A stretch of DNA of 64,000 bases, taken from the NCBI GenBank assembly GCA_043228905.1, contig JBHGNT010000003.1:21948001-22012000 (forward strand), written 5' to 3'. A program made the translations under genes and the position numbers. This DNA comes from Azolla caroliniana (Eukaryota; Plantae; Polypodiophyta). The notes beneath the pieces are model-generated. The model saw only the letters and a program-made list of their open reading frames with translations, had not been told where the DNA came from and did not search any database. How positions within the stretch are numbered: position 1 is the first letter of the stretch; every line of letters begins with the position of its first letter. Positions 26,953 to 39,960 of the stretch are shown in pieces.

Positions 26953-29900
26953 CAAGCATGGATAACAAGATCAGATCAGAATTCTTATTGGGTGTTGAAA
27001 TGGCGGCATGCAGAACGCTGCTTGTAACCGACTTTCTCACAGATATGCCACCTTTGGTGCTCTTATGAGACAATGTGCATTTGCAGTTCCAAGATCCACT
27101 AACTAAACTGTGGCTATACACTCACTCACGCCACCTACTCTTCCCTATGGAGTAGAAACACGGGACTGAGTCTTAACAAGGCAAATAACTGAAAAGATTT
27201 AGAGAAACCTTTAGTCTTTCTCGCATGATAAGGAGCAAAGCATCAGTGCCCCATGATATAATCCAGGCAGAGATGAGAGCAGCCCCTATAATCATCTAGG
27301 CATTATTTTTATCAATGACCTGTATCCAATTGCTTTGGGACCTCCCTGAATGAAGGTACCCAAGGTTGGCAATTTATATCATCAAAACAACTTGCTGAAC
27401 ATAGAGATATTCACTGTTGGTATGCTGAAATGTAACAATGGTTCGAGCCACATGGCATAAGTGTAAATTCATTACCCCCTTTCCAATATAGATTCAATTG
27501 TCCCCATCTAAACATGACCAAAGTAAAAAAGAATCGAGTGATCCGAACTGATATTATAAACTAGGGGAAAAAAACGTGGATCAGCCCCAAAATATCTGAG
27601 CTGTAGGAAGATGGCCCACTATAAGACACTGCTTACACAAATCAGAGGATGGATGCTTCATCTGGCCATCTTATATGGGCATAGGACTATCTTATGCACT
27701 GCAATATGTGATAAGGCAGCTGCAAACTTCATCAGATTAGTTAGAGATTGAAGTATGCAAATATGCATGAATACCTCCAGAAGAAAGAATTTGCTGATTA
27801 TATCATCAGGGAAGTAAAATCTGAAAAACAGTCACTAGAGTGTTTTTTATGAAATAAGAGGGAGATACGATTACCTCTTTAAGTAGGGCTTTGGCCCACT
27901 GAGCTAGGTAATCGAATATGAGGACCAACGGTGCCTAGGACTTTTCTTGCAAGAACTCAAGATCCACAGGGAAAAGTTGTTGAACGACGACAGTACAGCT
28001 ACAGAAGCTCATCCACAAAGAACAATCACAACTTTCTTTAGCCCCATTACTCCTAATGCTACAAGTCAATCAAGGTCTACAAAAATGGGCTCCTAACCAG
28101 GACATTGCAAAGGGGTTACAATTGATTAGGCAATTGCAATTCTCCATGCACATAAGCCCTGGCCTCATGGACCACAATCTCACCGCCCTTGTCATCGAAA
28201 AATAAAGGCCATTATCTCCCACCATTGTAGGTGCTTCCCTCACTTCAGAGACCTCTCCATTCTGGATCAACCTATGCTAGAGATCTTTCAAAGACAAATT
28301 ACAATAAATTTAACTTAAGAATCTTACATGCACCATAGCAGGATTATTTGGTCACTTTTTATGTTATTTACTTTTCTTTACTTAGTAGCATTTATTTTGG
28401 TTTGTTCTCAAAAACAAGACAAGAGTTAAGATGTAATCTCTTGTTTCGTCTTATAGGCTAGTTTGGCCTCTTAAAAGACGTGAATATATCTTTCTTTCTC
28501 TCTTTCTCTCTCATGGGCCAAATTTGGGTACAAATCCCATTATTTTCAATGATTGGGTACATGTTACATTATTTTCGATGATTGGGTACACATCCCATTT
28601 TTGTAATCAATTGTCTCAAGCGCCAGATTTGGTCTTAGAAGACGTTAATATATCTTTCTTTCTTTCTCATACATGTTGGGCCATAACCCTAGTGATGCTC
28701 CATATTTTTATCAACCAGTAGACTCAGGTTCAAATCCCACCAATTTGTTGCTACAATTTATTTGAATGCATTCAAGAAACATCACAAGACATATATGCCA
28801 AGCAACAATAAACAGGTGCAAAATAAAGTAGAGTCAATCCAAGCCCACCTGTTACTGACATAGCAAAACCAACGATTTCATACAAGAAACACACAAGAAT
28901 CTTAAATAGCAGCTCATATTGTCAGAGCAACATATTGGATATCTATCCCACCACTCTTGATCTTAGAACAAAGTGTGGTTAGGTTTAAGTTAAGATTGCA
29001 TATCAACAGCCGTTCATAATGGAAGCATACCTTTAATAGTGTCAGCAATGACTCTAAAGCAATACTATTACTTGCTTGCAAAATTCGGGTAGCATCTGCT
29101 GCAGCCTCTAACAACTAAAAAACAACCCCAGAATAAGCAAATAAAATAGATGGAAAGCAAAATATTGTAGTGCTGGAACATAATAAGATGTATTACCTCT
29201 AACTGTGGCATTGTGCACGCTTCACCATCAACAGACAGCCCTTCTGTTGCTTGTTCAACAATAGATGAGTGCTTTGCCACTACAATCAAAGCTTCAGGTG
29301 CACTGTGTAATCTCAGAAGCTCAGCCAAGAGGCACACAATGCGCTTATTCACCCTCCACATATCGACAAATTCTGGGATATCAGCATTATCCACCCAGGG
29401 TTGCAGGTCTCTCTCCACCTGTAAATCAGTTAATAAAATCAAAGCAAGAGAGCAGATTCATCTTTCTGATAACCAACTTTGTGATTCTGCTTTGACATCA
29501 ACCAAGTTTAATAAAGAGTAACTGCATATAAGAGAAATGGGAAAACGATAAACAATGGCGGGATGCAATCATAATATTCAAGAGATCATTAACCTGAAAC
29601 ATGATTGCTGATGCGGCCTTCTCTGGATACACAGAAACAATATTGCATAGAGCTTCAACAACCTAAAATAACCAAAATTAAAAACATGAATCATTTCCCA
29701 TGTCAATCAGAACAGAAATTAAAACAGAAAAACTGAATGAAGGTTGCTGAACTACATCACCTGTCGCCACCCTCTTTTAGCAGAGGTGCCTTCACCACTT
29801 GCAGGAACCTCGGGTGCACTAATTAGTTTCTTGCAAAGCAATGGCACAGCTGCAACAGATAAGTCTTTATTTTCTTGTAAAACTGTTGTTATGAAAGATC

Positions 29901-32900
29901 CTACATTATCACCTGACCCATTCTCTTTTTCCATGCACAGAAGTGACACCACATCTGACGCATTTATTGGTAGATTCACTAAATTTTTCTCTCTATGGGT
30001 CTTAAAAGTGACATTCACAGAATATGTTGGTCCACTAGAGCCACAACCATTACATATCTGCAATCTTCTACGTGCATTCATGCCTGTAATAGATGAATCT
30101 ACAGGAACGTTTGATCCAAGGGCCATTGACCTTGAAACTGTACAACTTTCTGATGCTTCAGTACACATATTTTCCGGATCACCAGAAACCCCTACTGTAT
30201 CAACAGCTGCAGCTACAACCTTTCTATTACCTTCAACAAGAGCTAACACAGAAGCAGCCTTGGCAGATAATTTTGGTTCCAGTGAACAACGCATTATCGC
30301 TGAAAGAGCATGCATGCATGCCTTTGAATTGCCCAACACCTCAGATATATGAGCAGCTACTACAGCAGCAGCAACTATTTCACCTGAACTTCTGCTACCA
30401 CTAGCTGGAATTACATTATCTGATTGTGGTACTAAAGCCAATAATGCTTCTAGCAGCCTAAGTAGTCTCCATGCATTATTCATGGCAGATGCAACTCCAT
30501 TCTGCAAACCATTCAATCCTCCATGATCATGGTTGTTTAGCTCCCCAGTGTTTGATTTCGGTAAGAGAGTTGCTGGTAAAGAGAGGAGCTGAACTTCACA
30601 GGCCAATGCACACACTGCAGCTATAACATATGAGTCAAATGTGGACACTGCTCCCCTTTCTTTCTCTGCAGTTTTTCTCACTCTGACAGTTGCAGATCCT
30701 GTGTCCACTTCTGATTCATTGCTACAATGTGAGTTTTTGGATTTCCTTATACCTTGTTGTATAGCATCATGGCTCAGATAAACTGTGAAAGCAACTGACA
30801 GCAATCGAGCTGCAAGTCCTGCTGATGGGCATGCCTCGGTAAATAAAGCATGAACCATGGCCCGCAACTCTGTACTAGCTGTGTGCTTCAAACCAAATCT
30901 ACCCGCACCATATGAACTATTCCTCTTTGTCCCTGCTCTTTGCTCCTGATGCTCCTCAGTTGGAACTGACCGATGCAAAATAACTTCAACAGTGGCAGTA
31001 AATATTCTTAGTAAACAAGCCTCAGAAGCACTTCCTTGTGGCAAATACTCGAGCACACGGAGTAGAGGCCGGAAAAGGTTCCATGATAAAGGAGGAGGTT
31101 GTAAAGGTGCTGCCACAACAAGTTCTGGCAAATTTGCAGCACAAGAGTTCAGGGGCAGAAGTCCATACGCTGCCTCCCATAGTGTGCATATTTGCCATTC
31201 AACATCTGGCCCATGATCACACATCAACGAGGCAATACCCCTTGCAGTTGCCTCTTCAGTGGCTTTGGCAGCAGCAATGACCATCTTAGAAAGAAAATCA
31301 TTATACAAGTTAGACGCACAATAGAAACATTTGCTCCATGTAAGTATATTACATCCTATCAATCTTTAATGTCATGTGTTCACTTATTAATTAGAAAGGC
31401 AAACTCTGAAATACCCATGAATTTTTCTTTATTTCGCCAAATTGCCGAGTTCTCATTTCATGGCCAATTTCATCCCTGTTTCCTCAATTACATATGCTAT
31501 TTGAGAGTTGCTCTCTTTCAGGGATTGAATCAGGGTACTTGGGAAATGACGAAAACTTTACGGCATTTGGGGAAATATGTGAAAACTCAAGGGTAGCTTG
31601 GAGCTTTTGCAAAGTGCTTAAAATTACCTGCTCCCGTGGACTTGCAGCATGTCTTGGGAATCCGTACACTGACTGCCGAACTCCATTGAGATCTTGAGCA
31701 TGCCCAGGTGGAGGAAACAGCAAAGCTGGCTGTGAAAAAACACGAAATAGCAAGGCTGCTGCTGCATCTGCTGCGATCCCAGAGCGCATTGCTAGAGCTG
31801 CCCCAACAGGTCGTAAAAAATGCAAATGAAGCCAATTCCTAGGAAGCTGGAAAAATACATAAACGGAATAAGATCAAAGAAGACTAACAAATGCATGTAG
31901 TTATAAACCATTAGCAAATTGAGTAGAGCAAAACATTCAGCTCTATGCAGTACAAATCTCTTAGGTAGGGCAGGATTTCAGACAAAATCATAGATGCACT
32001 AGAATTGAAGAAATGCATATTCTGAACCAAATGGCACCAATCTTAAATATCAAGCTAGTACACTACAGCTACTAATAAGCATCTCCCTCTCAAACCAAGA
32101 TCATACTATTTATACAGTCTCCACCCTTGGGAGATTTTTTCTTTACTTCTACCCTATTTTTCATAGAACAAGCTGGAGACTGAACCTCATCAGGCTCATC
32201 GCAACATATGTTAATCAGACTTGCATCTCACCAACTTTTAATTCCCCTTTCAGCCAGCGCAACAGGTGTTGCAAATTATGTAAACGCCAATTCCAATCGT
32301 TGCACCAATTCTTCACCTATGCTTCCAAGGGATCCATTCAAGAATAATCCTGGTAACATGGCATTACCTGCTCACTGAAAAGGATTCTGTACCATCCTTA
32401 ATAGAAGAACTCGGATAGCAATTTTGGAAAGAATCTTGACGAGGTTCCCAAACAATTGAAAGTTTTCCAATTCAGATGAAGAAAGAAGGTTGCAACAAAT
32501 TTGCACATTAATGGAAGTCTATATTGGGCATAAACAAGCAATACACAATAACATGTTGAAAAAAAATGTAATATATAGAATACATTGCACTGCACTTATG
32601 TTAGAAATAAATCAATATTTACAAATAGGAAGGTAACAATTATCTCAGTATCAAACCAATTTGTACATGAGATACAATTTGTACGCTTAAAAATACTCTT
32701 GCAACTGACCTGCATTGAAGAGTTATAATCTTCTGCTGCCCTCAGTAGTTCCACTAGCTGAACGGCTGCATCAAGTGCATCAGGAGCCCATGATAGTGGT
32801 GCCTCGAGAAGACCTAAAAATAAACGTTGAGTTGCACCGGGGGTGGCGATGGCATAATATCTGAGCAGAAAAGAACAATTAAATAAAGGCTGGCATAACA

Positions 32901-35900
32901 AGAATCATGGCATTAAATAAAGTGTCCCTGACATGATCTTTATTTGCTTAGATGCTGAAAGAGAGGAAAACGGATGAATTGACCATATAATTGCTCAAAT
33001 ATAATATCATTGCTAGAGAGGGGGTTGAAAAAGCTAATTTAAAGAAATAAAGAAGAATCAATCAGAGTTTGTCAATTACAATATTTCCTCCGTCCAACAC
33101 ATCGAACATCAGCTTAAGATGATGCATGTTCTCACCTGTGAAATAGACGAGCAAATGGCTCCAAAGGCGGTAATCCTGCAACCAAATGCTGATCCAAAGC
33201 AGTAGCTGGTGGAGGAAGTAATAAAGCTGGTACAGCAGCTGCTGTAAGGTCAGCTGTTTCATAGCGTGCAACTTCATCGTCACAAACACTCAATATTACT
33301 GCAGCACCATTAGCAACAGCCCACCTCGGAGTTGATGGCATTAATTGAGGATGCTTTCCAGGACCCTTGGTCCCAACTACAGAAGAAGACAATATTCTTA
33401 GAGGTAGCATAATCTACCTTCGTAAACAGTGACTGCATTATTGTAAAAAGACACACTGAATCCATAGGTAACACATTTTATGCCCCCTAATTTTTCTTTT
33501 TCCATTACATGCATTGTGATTCATATCCTTGTACACAATAAAACTTAAATGACCAATAAGTCACATGATTACTACTGAACAGAAAAATGAAGACTTTAAG
33601 AGAATGGTTAATTAACAGCTCCAGGAAAGTTGACACACTGGTTAAAGCCATAGTCCTTTATACCAGAGTTAAAATTCAATTCTCACCACAACCCTTAGTT
33701 GCCACAAACGGAAATTAGCCCGCATTAAGAAAAATAAATTGGTGATCACTTATAGATGAACAGGGCTCAAAATTACTATGTAAGATTTTCTATGAATGCC
33801 ACAATACGTGGGTGAAAATAGAAACATTTCCAAGAAACTGACCAGTAATATGACCAAACCCTCAGGAAAATGACAATAAGTTCTAACATATATGCTGGAA
33901 TTTCCACTGCCTGCCCAAACTTTGTGAAACCATATCAAATTCCATATAGAATCATCTCATGCTGGATAACTTCAAAGGCACCAATTTCAGTTGCAATGAT
34001 CAGGCACCAAATCTGATTGGTGTCTATTACTCATGATTACACATGTTCACGATCTTTAGTTTCAGGAAGCTAGAGTCAAGGACATGTTTTTTGTTACTCA
34101 CATTTGAAGAGTTAACATAAACAAATGTAAGCTTTGCTAGATCTCGTAGGCCATTATGATCCTCTATGGATGTTAAGATATTTTTCTTTCTTTCTAAGTT
34201 CACTTGAGGTGGGATATACATAGTTAAACCTTCACCTGTCGTTGGTGGTTTTAGCTCTCCTCCAGCTGCATATTTCCCCATTACACCACCACACCTGTAA
34301 GGAGAATTACGATTACAAATCAAGGCTATTATTGGACCTAGATTGCCAGAGAAAATAAAAAAAGAAGCATGTCCATGCTGGCCCTAAAGAATTTCAAGAG
34401 GAGTAAAACTATCTCTTTACCATCTGAAATAGTCGCTTTTCACACCCAATGGAGCAGCAAGTAAACTATCAGTAATCCAAGGTGTCAGAAACCTTGTAGG
34501 CATCTTTCGCTCTTGATCTTGGTAAGCATGTACCTCCTCAACCATGTGACTTGAGGCAGCACTGCCTGAACTTGATTCACATCCAGCAGTTTCAATGGAT
34601 CGTCGCAGTATCTGACTGCTCTCAGTATTAGAAATTGGACGATTATAGTGGGTTAACACTCTAAGAATTTCCCCACATGCCAAAGCCCACTGTTCAGACA
34701 AATCTTTCTGCAAACACTTCATTGAAGAAGACAAGTTTAAATAAACAATTATAAAAGAAGTGCCTAGGCCTTAAGTATGTCTCTAGCATCCCTATACATC
34801 AGGAAATTTTAGCATACCTCACTTGAAGGATTGAATAAAGATATGAAGGATCCAAAAGGGGGTGCTTTCTTGTCATAACTAACAGTTCTATCGATGATAC
34901 AAGACAATAATGCGTGTAAAATTGCATGACCATGTTCAGGATGATGCAAGATAAAAATCGCTGCAAAATAACAAATTTGAGTGTCAGATCAGGCTTACGA
35001 CGTGCAGTCTCTAAAACAAATGGTGATTCTCAGTATTGAAACAAAGGAATCGAGATTTTACCCAATACATCATCCAAGAGTGAAGCTTCTGAATGAGGAT
35101 AATGACTTCGAACCAGCTGTAAGTTTACAATAGCAAGCACAACGATGTCCAAATACAAAGAGCATAGTTAGATTCTAGACCAACTTTTAAAAAAAGTCTT
35201 ACGGAGACTATAAAACAACATTTGCAATTACCTCACTAATATCATGTCCGAAGGCCTCTGATGCAAACTGAGCAAACAATTCCACATATGCCAATATCTC
35301 TGTCTGAACACCACCACATCCATATCAGAAAGATGGTTGACCAGAAAGAAAGAAAGAAAGATATATTAACATCTTTTAAGAGGCCAAAACCACCCATAAG
35401 ACCAAACAAGAGATTGCATCTTAAGTGTTATCTCATCTTTGAGAACAACAAATCAAAATAACATAAATGTCACTAAGGAAAGATAAAAGTAAATAAGACA
35501 AGAAGAGACAAAAAGAATCTTGTTATCAGCACATGTAAGATTCTCAAGTAAGATATATCGTAGCTTTTGTCTTCAAAAGATCTCTAGCATGTAAGTATAT
35601 TCCAGAATGGAGAGATCTCCGAAGCGAGGGAAGCACCTGAGATGGCGGGATATAATGGCCTTTATCTGTCGATGACAAGGGTGGTGAGATCGTGGTCCAT
35701 GGGGCCGGGGCCTAAGTGGACGACAAATTGCTATTGCCTGATCTATTGTAACCCCTTTGATATGTATGTCCTGGTCGGGAGCCCATTTGTGTAGCCATTG
35801 ATTGACTTGTAGAATTAGGAGTAATGGAGCTAAAGAAAGTTGTGATTGTTCTGTGGATGAGCTTATGTAGCTGTATTGTAATCGTTCAACAATTTTTCCC

Positions 35901-37892
35901 TGTGTACCTTGAGTTCTAGCAAGAAAAGTCCTAGGCACTGTTGGTCCTCATATGCCATTACCTTACGTAGAAAAATCCTCCACATAGAAGCAATGAGATC
36001 AAAATAAGATCGAATTATATGCAGTAGCCACTTTGCAAAGAACCTTTGAAATTTCCAAGAAGAAATCTGCTTAGTGAGCCAATATTGCAACAGCCTTACA
36101 TGACACAATGGATGCCTTCCACCAAAGGACAACAAGTTACAACAAGACCCTTATCATGAAAGTCCCCTGCTTCAATGTTCACTTGACGATATGCAAAGGC
36201 TGTACCAAACCTTGCATTAAAGGCAGAAAAAAGGCTACCCTCACTGGCACACAGCATATCTCAGACATTTCCTTTCTTAGCGCCTATCCTAGGACAGTTC
36301 CCCTTTCTGATATAGAATAACGTACGACAGATATTTAATAGACATGAAAGAAAATCATATGAAACTACATCTTACGTTACAGTGTATGAGATTGAAATCT
36401 TGCTTATTAAGTCACACAGAAAGTACAACTAGAAACATGGCACACATTTGACTCATGGTAAAATTCTCCCTTGAGGTATGAATGTGGGAAGACGTTATAA
36501 ACATAGGCTTGGCAGGGTGATTTTTTAGCTGATTGTTAAACAACATTGATGATTGAATATCATATTGTAGAACCGTAATGGGCCTTCATACTCATAGTTT
36601 ATAATATATATGAAAGCCACTCTCTTGTCATTTGCTCAGTGATTTGCACTTGGCACACTTCTTATTAAGATGTTTCTTCCTACCATTAATCCATTAATCA
36701 AAGGAGTGTCATTTCTCATGGCAAAGGTATTTGAGACACCCTGATGTGCATCAATCATACAAAAAGCCCATTGTTACCAGAAGAGTGTGAAAGCAGTTGG
36801 ATGGAGGTTAGGTGATTCAATAAATAAGACCCTGAGCCCAAATTCTCGTTATTGAGTGATCAATTGGGGCCACGGTCAGCTGCTCCTGAAAACCCCCATT
36901 ATTGGGACTGATGCCATATTCACTTCCACCACGAAGCAAGTCCTTTACCATGTATGTGTGTATGGTTTGGTCCTTGTCATATGCGCAGGTTGGAACCCAA
37001 GATAATTAATAGTCGTTTGGTATATGTACTAAACTAAGGCTGATTGAGATTAAAATCCTGACATTGAGCGTTTTTAAACCTACATCTAAGTCCAGACTTC
37101 AAATCATAGTCATCTAGACTATGCCAACTATGTGATTGTCTATGAGCTGGATCAATCTCTACCTAAATGTTTCCATTAATGCAGGTTTATGTGTGTACTT
37201 AACAATGTATTGTCAGTTATAAGGATTGTGATTCCAACTGGAGACATAGTACAGACTAATTCTCATTCTTCATCATAGTCTACATTTTCTTCACCTCAAA
37301 GAAACTGAATAGTACAAAGGATAATCTCAGCATACACAATTATTATTTGACTGATCTCCATGCTTCCTCAACCAATGAGTTTGTAAATATCTCTAGCTAT
37401 TTGCATCCACAACAGAAAATCGGAGAGGATCCCTCAAACCATTTTTCTAACCCTCATAGCTGGAACAGCATAATATAGCCCACCCTTCAAACTATAATTT
37501 GTAGTCTTCTGTATCCTGCAGTAGCACCAACGTCATTATTGGTTATATTCCTGTGCTATATTGGACATTATTCGTCTCAAGATGAGATACAATTACTCTA
37601 AATTTTGCTTATATCATCTCCCTTGTTGTTAGATGGAGCTGATGACTTTTGTGGGCATGAGTTTCTATCTTGACTAATCAGAGTAGATCAAATGACTTTC
37701 AGAATTCAAACCAATTTGAATCTATAAGAGTGTAAAATCCAAACAAACATTACAAAATGAACAGTTTTTATAAATAAAAAAAGCGGAAAATCTGAGTTTG
37801 ACCTGTCGTTGATCCAAATCTCGCGGAGGCGGTCTGACAAGGGGGGATGACAAGAGTCTGCGAATCCACTTCTGACGAGGGACAGTACTCAT
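26641..37892 (-). CDS. GI: GIGANTEA, 14 coding exons, about 1155 aa
   Basis: Exons 37892-37803, 35303-35232, 35116-35062, 34960-34818, 34707-34421, 34294-34236, 33376-33136, 32860-32710, 31846-31628, 31284-29761, 29662-29594, 29418-29197, 29114-29031, 26892-26641 sum to 3468 nt. Motifs: LHHPEHGHA, SEQWALACGEILRVLTHYNRPI, WCGGVMGKYAAG, HPQLMPSTPRWAVANGA, LPRNWLHLHFLR, RLPAIVHCLSHNSAHVRALS. Confidence 0.96.
26950..27480 (+). mobile_element. RTE-type LINE fragment in the last GI intron (antisense to GI)
   Basis: Starts ACTCAAGCATGGATAACAAGATCA, matching about 59326. Continues with degenerate post-RT residues RLSHRYATFGALMRQCA..LQFQDPLTKLWL..PTLPYGVET. Confidence 0.7.
27900..28510 (+). repeat. 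Interspersed repeat copy A (probable LINE/SINE 3' end with TTTC tail)
   Basis: Reverse-complement similarity to 35345-35960 and direct similarity to 59476-60110. Ends GGCCTCTTAAAAGACGTGAATATATCTTTCTTTC. Confidence 0.85.
35345..35960 (-). repeat. Interspersed repeat copy B in GI intron 1
   Basis: GAAAGAAAGAAAGATATATTAACATCTTTTAAGAGGCCAAA...GCAAGAAAAGTCCTAGGCACTGTTGGTCCTCATAT is the reverse complement of copy A, with divergence. It may extend to about 36300. Confidence 0.85.
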
Positions 37893-39544
37893 TGCAGGGT
37901 AAATGACTAATTATTTTCCTGTTTTGTAAAGCAGTTGACTATATAGATATCAATTTGGGATATAGTAATGAATATGAAAATATTTCTGCTTTTGTTTGGA
38001 TCTGATAATGTATATCCTTCTGCTTTTGATTTGATCCGATAATCTCTATAGTTCTGCTCCTGTTTAGAATCTGGTAAAATGACTATACTTCTGCCTTTGG
38101 ATCTTGCAGTGACTTTATTCTGCCTCCTGTTTGAACGTGGTAATGACTTTGCTTCTGTTATGGATCTGATAATGGATATAAAATTCTGCTCCTGTTTGGG
38201 AGAAACTGTTGTATGGCGCAAAAAGGTTAGGGATCTGGTAGCAATAGTCTTTGAATCCACCACGATGGGATCATGAACACACTTCCACTGTAGAATGTGC
38301 TGCTGCCAGAAGTTGTATTCGTTTTTTAAGGATTAATGCATAAGCTAATCAGTGCACAAACAAGATGAAGAAAACACACAAGTAGACAAAGTAGCGGAGA
38401 AGAAGAGAGAAACTGTTTGAAGGTGCGTTACATGAATCCGTAGCACAATATCAGATCACAAACCAAAGCTATGCATAAACAAAGTAGAAAAAACTGTCTG
38501 AAAATGAAGATTACATGAAACTGTATCAATCAAAATAAAAGTATGTGCATAGAAGAAGAAGAACAAGAAGGGAATGCGAGTAACTGTGAAGCTGAGGTGT
38601 TTGAGAATTACGGCCAGAAACTAACACGTTCACAGCAGAAGAAGAAGAAGAGAAATCAAGTAACTGTCTGACGCTTTGAAACAGAAGAAACTGTTGAGGG
38701 TCGGGAAAAAACAAATTTCTGCATACGCGAAGAAGAAGAAAAAAAGAGTCTGAAGCTTTGAACAGATAAAACTGTGGAGGATGTGGACAGAAAACAAACA
38801 TGTGCATACATGAACAAAGAAGCATGGAACTGCACACGGAAGTAGTAGGGGAAAAAAACAAACCTTTGCATAGAAGAAGAAAAGGATGCAGCGAAAGCGA
38901 GAAACTGCATGAAGCTGCGAATAGAATAAACTGTTTAGTATTAGGGGAAACGTCAACCTTTGCAAAGAGTAAGAAGAAACTGTCTAAGTCTGCGGGCAGA
39001 AAAAACAGTGGAGAATTAGGTAAAAACACAAACATTTGCATAGACAGACGAAGACGCAGAAGACTGTCTGAATCTGTTGAAAGTGAAGAAGAATCACGAG
39101 ACTGTCTGAATCTGTTAAAACTGAAGAAGACACACAAAACCTTCTGAATCTGTTCAGGACGAAGAAGAAGAAGAAGGAAGAAACTGTTTTAAGCGGTCGA
39201 ACGAAGGAGGAGCACAAGCATGAAACTGGCTGAATCTGTTGAAAACTATCAGAAATTAGACAGAAGAAGCTATAGATAATTAGGGAAGAGAAGAAACATT
39301 TGAATAGACGCAGAGGAAGAAACAAGAAGCTGTCCGAAGCTAACCGGTTTAACTGTAAAGGATTAAGTTAAGAAATCACACCTACCTGTGCATGGACGAA
39401 AGGGAGCCGCAGACCTATCCGGAGCTTCAAACGGAAGAAACTCTAGAAATTAGGTCAAACCACAGAGAATCTGTGCAGACACGAAGGAGACGAAGGGAAA
39501 GCAGAAACCTGCCATGGCTGAAAGCAGAGAAGGAAGAAGAGATC

Positions 39545-39960
39545 CTCGTCCGACGTGGCGTTTCTGTGGTCCTACGTGGCCTCTGATATTTACCTCCAAC
39601 CAATCAGAACGCTCCGTCCAGTTCCTAGTGGCCACGTCATCGAATCTCCCATGATAGCCCCAAAGAAATATCTACTGCTGCGCTGGCGTAATGGACGGTG
39701 TGGATGTATCCGCTGCTGCTCGCGATTGGTTCCACGTGGCCAAGTGCACGTCCAGTTATAGATCTTCCCATGTGGGACTGTTTCCAATCGGCTTCTGCCA
39801 CGTGGATAGAAGGGGTTCACGCGAGTCTCTTTTATTCTATGCACACATAAACGCACGTAAATCCCCCACGACTGGCAATCCACCAAACTCTTGGGAACCA
39901 ATAGAATTTACTATCTGCGTTTTTCATTAGTAATTAGACATCGGTGAATATCTCAATAGA
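39545..39960 (-). promoter_or_regulatory. Putative GI promoter with G-box/ABRE cluster, evening-element-like and LUX-site motifs
   Basis: CACGTG at 39733 and 39799, several further ACGTG/CACGT cores, AAATATCT at 39666-39673, CGAATC (GATTCG on -) at 39641, and several CCAAT boxes. Lies upstream of a putative 5'UTR exon with donor CAG|GTAGG at 39385. Confidence 0.6.

Noticed and set aside
29744-31596. + strand ORFs (e.g. 202 aa) overlapping GI exon 10
   Set aside because: Antisense to a well-supported exon, with no independent evidence.
37907-38263. 118-aa GTG-initiated ORF just upstream of the GI ATG
   Set aside because: Non-ATG start and it runs through a degenerate repeat. The ATG-initiated uORF in another frame is better supported.
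38526-39325. Phe/Leu/Ser-rich ORFs up to 203 aa
   Set aside because: Explained by low-complexity repeats in the predicted GI UTR intron.
38-39960. U2AF65, class I TCP, IVc bHLH and GI as a functional clock/flowering cluster
   Set aside because: Proximity alone is weak evidence in plants. It would need synteny and co-expression data.
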